From an uncultured Gemmatimonadales bacterium (GTDB taxonomy: Bacteria; Gemmatimonadota; Gemmatimonadetes; Longimicrobiales; RSA9): 64,000 bases of DNA. The stretch is taken from positions 153,827-217,826 of the forward strand of contig CAWAYJ010000028.1 of the NCBI GenBank assembly GCA_963786235.1, read 5' to 3'. Shown in pieces: positions 57,845 to 64,000 of the stretch (positions within the stretch are counted from its first letter, which is position 1; every line of letters starts with the position of its first letter). The position numbers and the translations under genes are program-made. The notes under the pieces are model-generated. The model saw only the letters and a program-made list of their open reading frames with translations, was not told where the DNA came from and searched no databases.

Positions 57845-59902
57845 TCAGTGCTCGCGCACGATACCGAGCTCGAGCAGCCGGACCTGGTCGGGTGGCCCGA
57901 GGACGAGCATGATGTCGCCCTGGTTCAGGCGCGTGTCGGGACCGGTGACCGCCAGGATCTGCTCGTGCCCGTTCTCGTCGATGCGCTTGATTACGAGCAC
58001 GCTCACGCGGTAGCGCTGGCGGATCTCCAGCTCGCCGATGGTCCGGTTCGAGAACTGGACCGGTACCAGCACCTCGCCCACCACCGTGTCGTGCAGCGCG
58101 GGTACGGGCGCGAGCGGATCCGAGCTGACGGCCGATGCCATGCTGCCCGCCATGTCCCGCTTGAAGACTTCCTCGTTGTAGCGCTCGATCACGTCTTCCG
58201 GCCAGATCGTGCCGATCAGCTTCTCGTCCTCGACGACCGGAACCTCGCCCCGGTACTCCTCGAGGAACCGCATCACCTCGGCGATCGAGCGGTCCGGCGA
58301 GATGCGCGGATAACCGTCGTGCACCATCACGTCCTCGGCGATGACGAGTCCCTCGAGCGTGCTCGGATTCCGCATTACGGGCCGGATCTGCGACGCTGTC
58401 ACCAGGCCCCGGAGCCGGTGTTCCGTATCGGTCACGAAGAGTGTGTCGCCAGGGTGCTCGATGAACGTCGAGAGCAGCTCGACCATCCCGGCATCCGGCG
58501 ACACCATCACCATGTCGGTGCGCATGATCTCGCGCACCTTGACGTGCTGGAGCACGTTTACGGCACGGCCCCGGTATACTTCGATGCCGCGCCGCAGCAG
58601 CTTCAGCGTGTAGATGGAGCCGCGCTCCATGCGCGTGGCGAGCAGGGTAGCGATGATGCAGCTGATCATGAGCGGCAGGATGATCGCGTAGTCGCCGGTC
58701 AGCTCGAAGATGATGAGGATCGCGGTGATGGGTGCGTGCGTCGCGGCCGCCACGACGGCGCCCATGCCCACCAGGGCGTAGGCGCCGACACCGCCAGTCG
58801 CCGCCGGCCAGAAGGTGCCCACCACGTTGCCCACCGCGCCGCCGAGCATGGCGCCGATGAAGAGCGAGGGGGCAAAGATGCCGCCGGAGCCGCCGGAGCC
58901 GATCGTGATCCCGACCGCGAGGATCTTCAGCACGACGAGCGCGACCATGAACGGCCAGACGATCTGCCCGGTGAGCGCCTCGTTGATGGCTTCGTAGCCC
59001 ACGCCGAAGATGTGCGGCGCGAAGATGCCCATGGCGCCGATGAGAAGGCCGCCGACGACGGCCTTGGCCGGCGGGTACATGGACAGGCGGTCGAAGCCGT
59101 CCTCGAGCGCGTAGAGCACGCGGATGAACAGGAGCGCGACGAACCCGGCCGCGATGCCGAGCCCGCCGTACGCGAACAGCTCGGACGGGTGGACCAGCCG
59201 GTATTCCGGGACCACGAAAGCGGGGAAGTTGCCGAGGTAGTGGTGGCTGACCACCGTGGCCGCGACGCTCGAGATGACGATCGGCGAGAACTGCGCCACG
59301 CCGAAGTCGCCCAGGATGATCTCGACCGCGAACAGCGCGCCCGCGACCGGCGCGTTGAAGGCCGCCGCGATCCCGGCCGCCGCGCCGCAGCCGACCAGCG
59401 TGCGCATCCTGCGCTGGTCGATGCGCAGCCACTGTCCGATGGTCGAGCCGAGGGCCGCCCCGATCTGCACGATCGGGCCTTCGCGGCCCACCGAGCCGCC
59501 CGACCCGATGCAGATCCCCGACGCCAGGAGCTTGGCGGCGACCACGCGCGGGCGCATGCGGCCGCCGCGCAGCACGACCGCCTCCATCACCTCGGGCACG
59601 CCGTGGCCCTTGGCCTCGCTCGAGATGTAGTGGACGATGAAACCGACGAAGAGGCCACCGACCGCCGGCGCCAGCAGCTTCCACCAGAAGGGGAGGGCGG
59701 CAATGTACTCGATCGTGTACGCGCCCCGGTGCCACGCGATCGCGTTGACCGCCCGGATGAGCAGACGGATACCGATGGCGGAGAACCCGCCGAGCAGGCC
59801 GATCACCAGCGCCACCATGACCATGTAGATCTGCTCGGTCTGGCGCAGGCTGTCGTGCAATTTCTTGAGCTGGACGATCACGCGGCGGATCACGGGTGGC
59901 AA
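57845..59902 (-). CDS. ClC-family chloride channel/transporter with C-terminal CBS pair and TrkA-C domain
   Basis: Selectivity motifs GSGGSVGREGP, GIFAPSLFIGA, GAAAGIAAAFNAPVAG. A CBS region and a C-terminal TrkA-C-like beta domain follow. Confidence 0.85.
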   Translation of the reverse strand: MPPVIRRVIVQLKKLHDSLRQTEQIYMVMVALVIGLLGGFSAIGIRLLIRAVNAIAWHRGAYTIEYIAALPFWWKLLAPAVGGLFVGFIVHYISSEAKGHGVPEVMEAVVLRGGRMRPRVVAAKLLASGICIGSGGSVGREGPIVQIGAALGSTIGQWLRIDQRRMRTLVGCGAAAGIAAAFNAPVAGALFAVEIILGDFGVAQFSPIVISSVAATVVSHHYLGNFPAFVVPEYRLVHPSELFAYGGLGIAAGFVALLFIRVLYALEDGFDRLSMYPPAKAVVGGLLIGAMGIFAPHIFGVGYEAINEALTGQIVWPFMVALVVLKILAVGITIGSGGSGGIFAPSLFIGAMLGGAVGNVVGTFWPAATGGVGAYALVGMGAVVAAATHAPITAILIIFELTGDYAIILPLMISCIIATLLATRMERGSIYTLKLLRRGIEVYRGRAVNVLQHVKVREIMRTDMVMVSPDAGMVELLSTFIEHPGDTLFVTDTEHRLRGLVTASQIRPVMRNPSTLEGLVIAEDVMVHDGYPRISPDRSIAEVMRFLEEYRGEVPVVEDEKLIGTIWPEDVIERYNEEVFKRDMAGSMASAVSSDPLAPVPALHDTVVGEVLVPVQFSNRTIGELEIRQRYRVSVLVIKRIDENGHEQILAVTGPDTRLNQGDIMLVLGPPDQVRLLELGIVREH

Positions 59903-59993
59903 GAATGGGTACCGTCACGTCCCGCGTCAAATCGGAGGGTCGCTCGAGGACCGGGTCCACCGGATCGGCGGCCGTGGCGGGAAGGCGGAACGA

Positions 59994-60398
59994 GTGCAGA
60001 GTGTCCAGGGAGGAAGGCGTGCTGCGGCCCCGCTGGCGGTCGCGGTCCTGACCGTGATCCTGGCGGCTTGCGGTGCCGTCGGCGGCGGCGGACAGCCCGC
60101 TCCGGCCGTGTTCGAGGAGGGCGTCGCGTCCTGGTACGGTCCCGGCTTCGAGGGCCGGCGCACGGCCAGCGGCGAAACCTTCGATCCGGATGCCCTCACC
60201 GCGGCGCACCGGCGCCTGCCGTTCGGCACGCGGGTCCGCGTCATCAACGTCGACAACGGCCGGGATGTCGTCGTGCGCATCAACGACCGCGGGCCCGCGC
60301 GGTCGGACCGGATCCTCGATGTCTCGGCCGCCGCGGCCCGGGCGCTGGGGATGGTGCGCGCCGGAACCGCCCGGGTGCAGCTCGTGATCGAGCGCTGA
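59994..60398 (+). CDS. rlpA: RlpA-like lipoprotein (double-psi beta-barrel domain)
   Basis: GTG start with lipobox LAAC. DPBB block GVASWYGPGFEGRRTASGETFDPDALTAAHRRLPFGTRVRVINVDNGRDVVVRINDRGP. Confidence 0.7.
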   Translation: MQSVQGGRRAAAPLAVAVLTVILAACGAVGGGGQPAPAVFEEGVASWYGPGFEGRRTASGETFDPDALTAAHRRLPFGTRVRVINVDNGRDVVVRINDRGPARSDRILDVSAAAARALGMVRAGTARVQLVIER

Positions 60399-60431
60399 TC
60401 CCGGGCGCCTCCCCAGCCCGTCGCCGCCGTG

Positions 60432-61850
60432 TCAGTCGGCGCTGCGGCCTTCCGCGCCAGCTTCCTGGCCGTCCGGCGTCCCGATCGACCGGGAAGAGCC
60501 CAGGCCCTTGCCGCCGCCCGTCATGCGATCGACGAACCGCTCGAGGTCGAGCCCCATGGCGCCGGCGATCTGCTCGAGCGCGACGATCGACGCGTTCACC
60601 CGCTGCGTCGCCGCGTTCGCGATCCCCTGGCCGCCGCCGCTGTCCACTACCGTCAAACGCTCGATCGTCACGTCCCGCATCGCGTCGACCGTCACGCCGA
60701 GCAGGGCCGGTAGCTTTTCTGCGAGGAACACCTGCAGGCCGGGCTCGCCGCCCTTCGCGATCTCCGCGTACAGCATGCGCAGCACTTCCGCCTGGGCTCG
60801 TCCCTTCTCGAGGATCGGCGCGGCTTCCGCCTTCGCTTCCGCTTCCGCGGCAATGCGGGCGGCTTCCGCCGGCTGTACGACATCGGCCTGCAGGCGCGTC
60901 CTTTCGCGGTCCACGCGACGAGCCTCCAGCTCCGTCTGGGCCTCCGTCTCCGCCTTGAGCGCGGATACCTTCGCGGTGCGCTCCGCGGTTTCCGCCTCCC
61001 GTCCCAACTCCGCCTGTCGCACCCGGAGCGAGTTCTGCGCCTCCGCGATCTTGACGTTGGCGTTGGCCGCGGCCACGTCCGCCAGCATTCGCGCTTCCGC
61101 CTGCTGCTGCTTGGTGGTCGCTTCGTTCTGCGCCTGCGCCACCTCGGCCATGCGCTTTGCCTCCGCCTGCTTCTGTCGCGTCTCCGCGATGGCCGTCGCC
61201 TTTGCGATTTCGGCGTCCCGCAGCGCTTCGGCCGTCCGCTTCTCTCCGATCGCCTGCAGGTAGCCGACCCGGTCCATCACGTGCTGGATCTTCAGGACGT
61301 CCAGCTGCAGCCCCAGCTTCTTGAGATCGTGGTCCGCTTCCTCCGACAGGTGCTTCGCGAAACCGAGCCGGTCCTCGTTCACTTCCTCCGGCGTCAGCTT
61401 CGCCAGCACGCCGCGCAGATTGCCCGTCAGTGTCTCTCTCGCGAGTCCCTCGATCTGCGAGATGTTCTTGCCCAGTAGCCGCTCCACCGCGTTGTTGAAC
61501 ACCGCTTCCGGCGTGGACGCGATCTTCACGTTGGCCACCGCCTTCACCGCGAGCGGGATGTTGCCTTTCGAGTAGGCATCCTCGACGGCCAGGTCGAGCG
61601 GGATCGTCGAGAGTGACAGCCATTGCACCTTCTCGATGATCGGGATCCGCATGGTCCGGCCACCCATCACCGTCCGGTAGCCCACGGAGCCGCCCTCCTC
61701 CAGAAGGCGCTTACGGCCCGTTATGACGGACGCCATGTTCGGCGGCACGATCACGATCAACCGGCTGATCGTCAGGACGACCAACAGGATGAGAGCGAGC
61801 ACGACGCCACCCGCGATGACACCGACTTGACTCAATACGCCTTCAAACAT
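60432..61850 (-). CDS. SPFH/band-7 (flotillin-like, YqiK-type) membrane protein
   Basis: N-terminal TM helix, an SPFH domain, and a long Ala/Glu/Gln-rich coiled-coil flotillin tail. Confidence 0.8.
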   Translation of the reverse strand: MFEGVLSQVGVIAGGVVLALILLVVLTISRLIVIVPPNMASVITGRKRLLEEGGSVGYRTVMGGRTMRIPIIEKVQWLSLSTIPLDLAVEDAYSKGNIPLAVKAVANVKIASTPEAVFNNAVERLLGKNISQIEGLARETLTGNLRGVLAKLTPEEVNEDRLGFAKHLSEEADHDLKKLGLQLDVLKIQHVMDRVGYLQAIGEKRTAEALRDAEIAKATAIAETRQKQAEAKRMAEVAQAQNEATTKQQQAEARMLADVAAANANVKIAEAQNSLRVRQAELGREAETAERTAKVSALKAETEAQTELEARRVDRERTRLQADVVQPAEAARIAAEAEAKAEAAPILEKGRAQAEVLRMLYAEIAKGGEPGLQVFLAEKLPALLGVTVDAMRDVTIERLTVVDSGGGQGIANAATQRVNASIVALEQIAGAMGLDLERFVDRMTGGGKGLGSSRSIGTPDGQEAGAEGRSAD

Positions 61851-61852
61851 GG

Positions 61853-62539
61853 TCAGGACTCCGTTTCAGGGGCGATGCGACGACGCATCTCCGTGTTCTC
61901 CAGTGCGGGGTCGCCGGGCGATACCAGCGCCACGCCCTGCCGCATGTCGAGCACCGTCACGCGGGTCCAGCGTTCCGGCGCCTCCGGTTCCCGGTCGAAC
62001 GGTTGGGCGAGCAACTCGTGCTCGCGGCCTTCCCGCGTCACCAGGATCTTGCCGGTCGCGTCCACCGAAAGCGGCAGCGTCACGCGGCCCGTCAGGCCGA
62101 TCCAGCCGCGATCGCCCGGTAGCCGGCCCGTCTCCGTCCGCTTCATCCAGCCGAAGGCGATCGTGCTGATCGCGCCGCCCAGCAGTCCGAGCAGCACCGA
62201 GAACACGGCCGTCAGCACCGTGTCCCGGCCACCCCGCATCCAGGTCAGGAGTGAGCCGGTCACGCCGAACGCGAACAGGAAGTAGGTCGCGTTGCGGACG
62301 GAGAGGATGCGAAACTCCCCGGCCTGATGGCCGTCCGCGGCCTGGTCCATCTGCGCGTCGGCGTCGGCATCCGCATCGACGTGGAGATCGGCATCGACGT
62401 GCACATCGGCATCGATATGCAGATCGACGTCCATGTCGCCGCCACCGTCGACGTCCGCGCCACCGAACAGGTCGGCCGCGAGCGAGAACAGGAACATGCC
62501 GACGCCGACTACGAGGGCGAACCCGTAGAGCGCGCTCAT
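61853..62539 (-). CDS. NfeD-like (YqiJ-type) membrane protein with Asp/His-rich insertion
   Basis: It lies immediately upstream of the flotillin gene (3-nt gap). TM helices plus a C-terminal OB-like segment. An internal stretch DVDGGGDMDVDLHIDADVHVDADLHVDADADADA. Confidence 0.5.
   Translation of the reverse strand: MSALYGFALVVGVGMFLFSLAADLFGGADVDGGGDMDVDLHIDADVHVDADLHVDADADADAQMDQAADGHQAGEFRILSVRNATYFLFAFGVTGSLLTWMRGGRDTVLTAVFSVLLGLLGGAISTIAFGWMKRTETGRLPGDRGWIGLTGRVTLPLSVDATGKILVTREGREHELLAQPFDREPEAPERWTRVTVLDMRQGVALVSPGDPALENTEMRRRIAPETES
62369..62440. repeat. Imperfect 18-bp tandem repeat (x4) inside the NfeD-like gene
   Basis: Units atccgcatcgacgtggag / atcggcatcgacgtgcac / atcggcatcgatatgcag / atcgacgtccatgtcgcc encode the D/H-rich stretch. 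Confidence 0.4.
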
Positions 62540-62889
62540 CGATTCTCCCGGGTTGTTCGGGACCGGCGCCTGCCGTGCGCCGTGGCGCCGGAAACGTCCA
62601 CCGGGGATCCGGCGCCCGTTTTCGAATACGTGTTCAGCGCCCCCCGGCCTTCGTTCCTCTCTAGCGTACGGCGCGGGCGCCGGCGCGGAAAGGCGCGCGA
62701 GTCCGGTCCCGGTCGCGACATTGCCCGCGCTCGCCCCGCCGAGTCTCCGGGGAGGCCGCACGGTCCAACGTAACTCTTGCGAATGCAACGATTTCTGTTC
62801 AATGTTGAAACGACGGGGCAAGCCGCCCCGATCTATGGGACCGGTAGATTCCTGAACCCGCCCGGGGCGTGCCAAGGAGACCGAGCCCG

Positions 62890-64000
62890 ATGCCGCAGCC
62901 GGAACCTCGCCAACCCGAACGAGCCGCCGGACAGCAGTCCACCGCGTCCGACATGCCAGCCTCACGGCCCGCCGGACGGCACGACGACCTGCTCGACCAG
63001 CTCGATCGCGAGCTCGGCCCCGGGTTGACCGTCACCCGCCACATCGGCGACGAGTCGTTCGGCAGCCTCTTCCTCGCGCACGAGAGGGCGCTGCGCCGCG
63101 ACGTGGTCATCAAGGTGCTGCGCCGCGACTACGTCGAGAACGCGGAAGTCCGCAGGCGGTTCGAGCGGGAGGCACGCGCCGCGGCACGTATCTCTCATGC
63201 GAACGTGATGCCCGTGTTCCGTGTCGGTACGCTGGCCGACGGCGTGCCTTTCTTCATCGAACCCTGGGTCGGTGACTGCACGCTCAAGGAGAAGCTCAAG
63301 TCGGTGGGCCGGTTCCAGCCGTCGGAGGTCCGCGAGATCCTGCACCAGATCGCCGCCGGACTCGACGCCGCGCATCGCACGGGCATCGTGCATCGCGACG
63401 TCCGACCCGAAACCGTCCGCTGCGAGGGCGACAGCCGTCGCCTGCTGCTCACGGATTTCGGCATTGCCGGGATCCTCGAGTCGGGAGGCATCGAGGAGGA
63501 CACGATCACGTATCCCGGAGAGATCCTCGGCAGCCCCGGCTACATGAGCCCCGAGCAGCGGGACGGGGCGCCGGCCACGGACCGCAGCGACATCTACAGC
63601 CTCGGCGTCCTCGCGTGGCGCCTGCTCGCGGGCGCGTCCGCCCCGGTCCCCGAGGTCGGCGAGAAGATGGACCGGGCGGCGATGCTCGGCGTTGCGCCGG
63701 ACGATCCCGAGCTGATCGACCTGGTCGCGCGCTGCCTGCGCGAGGCGCCGGGCGGCCGACCGCGTGCAGGCGATCTGCTGCCCGCGCTCGATCCCGCGCA
63801 ACGCATCGGACTCCGGTTCGATGATGGCCCCAAGAACATCCTGGCGGAGTTGATTGAACGCCGCATTCCCTACGTGACCGGAGCGGCCGCGGTGGTCGCT
63901 CTCATCCTCGAATTCGCACAGGTCGGCTGGGAGTGGCGTTGGTTTGGCGGCGTGTCCCTGGGTGCCGCAGTGGTGGCATCGCTCATCGTCACATGGTTCC
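62890..64000 (+). CDS. Ser/Thr protein kinase-like protein with C-terminal TM segment; 3' end lies outside the window
   Basis: It is not in the ORF track because there is no stop within the window. VIKVL (beta3 Lys), HRDVRPETV (catalytic loop), DFGIAG, SPGYMSPEQ. A C-terminal hydrophobic stretch VTGAAAVVALILEFAQVGW. Confidence 0.7.
   Translation, partial: MPQPEPRQPERAAGQQSTASDMPASRPAGRHDDLLDQLDRELGPGLTVTRHIGDESFGSLFLAHERALRRDVVIKVLRRDYVENAEVRRRFEREARAAARISHANVMPVFRVGTLADGVPFFIEPWVGDCTLKEKLKSVGRFQPSEVREILHQIAAGLDAAHRTGIVHRDVRPETVRCEGDSRRLLLTDFGIAGILESGGIEEDTITYPGEILGSPGYMSPEQRDGAPATDRSDIYSLGVLAWRLLAGASAPVPEVGEKMDRAAMLGVAPDDPELIDLVARCLREAPGGRPRAGDLLPALDPAQRIGLRFDDGPKNILAELIERRIPYVTGAAAVVALILEFAQVGWEWRWFGGVSLGAAVVASLIVTWF

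Noticed and set aside
57848-60958. 1036-aa plus-strand ORF antisense to the ClC channel and flotillin genes
   Set aside because: Arg/Pro/Asp/His-rich low-complexity. It crosses two convergent real genes.
62369-62440. Short tandem repeats considered as a possible CRISPR array
   Set aside because: The units are 18 bp, contiguous and in-frame inside a coding gene. There are no spacers and no cas genes, so it is not a CRISPR array.

Overview
This is a high-GC (about 70%) bacterial chromosomal segment carrying roughly 60 genes densely packed on both strands. Very many neighbouring genes have start and stop codons that overlap by 4 nt (ATGA/GTGA), suggesting translational coupling. The six-frame track is dominated by long spurious Arg/Pro/Ala-rich antisense ORFs. 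Real genes were picked by protein-like composition, signal peptides and recognisable motifs.

The content is core and peripheral metabolism plus cell-envelope functions:
- a PgaC/PgaA-like exopolysaccharide synthase and porin pair
- a split aconitase X
- malic enzyme
- an ECF sigma factor with a zinc-finger anti-sigma factor
- a porGDAB-type 2-oxoacid:ferredoxin oxidoreductase operon in which the delta ferredoxin is fused to a GltD-like NAD(P)H flavoprotein
- a TetR-TolC-HlyD-MFS efflux operon
- several secreted peptidases (M1, S9, and a large HEXXH zinc protease)
- a flotillin/NfeD pair
- a ClC channel
- a truncated Ser/Thr kinase

I found no rRNA, tRNA, CRISPR array, transposase or integrase.

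The most novel-looking part is a divergent locus at about 50.9-57.8 kb. On one side sits a GTGA-coupled Rieske oxygenase plus DDAH-like hydrolase pair. Next comes an AT-richer intergenic region with two abutting perfect palindromes (TGAAAC/GTTTCA arms). On the other side is an operon encoding a lipoprotein made of two recently duplicated ~270-aa domains of no recognisable family, followed by two type-1 copper (cupredoxin) proteins. One of those has a beta-rich N-domain and a Met-rich linker.

Other points worth follow-up:
- two apparent frameshifts in adjacent genes (an acyl-CoA dehydrogenase and a small membrane protein)
- a 580-bp low-GC non-coding gap upstream of the por operon
- an orphan NrfH/NapC-like tetraheme cytochrome
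- a cytochrome-c::TPR fusion
- a DUF5658 membrane protein with an Arg-rich N-terminus downstream of the sigma/anti-sigma module
- an 18-bp tandem repeat encoding an Asp/His-rich insertion in the NfeD-like protein

All functional calls come from motif and family resemblance read by eye. No database search was run.
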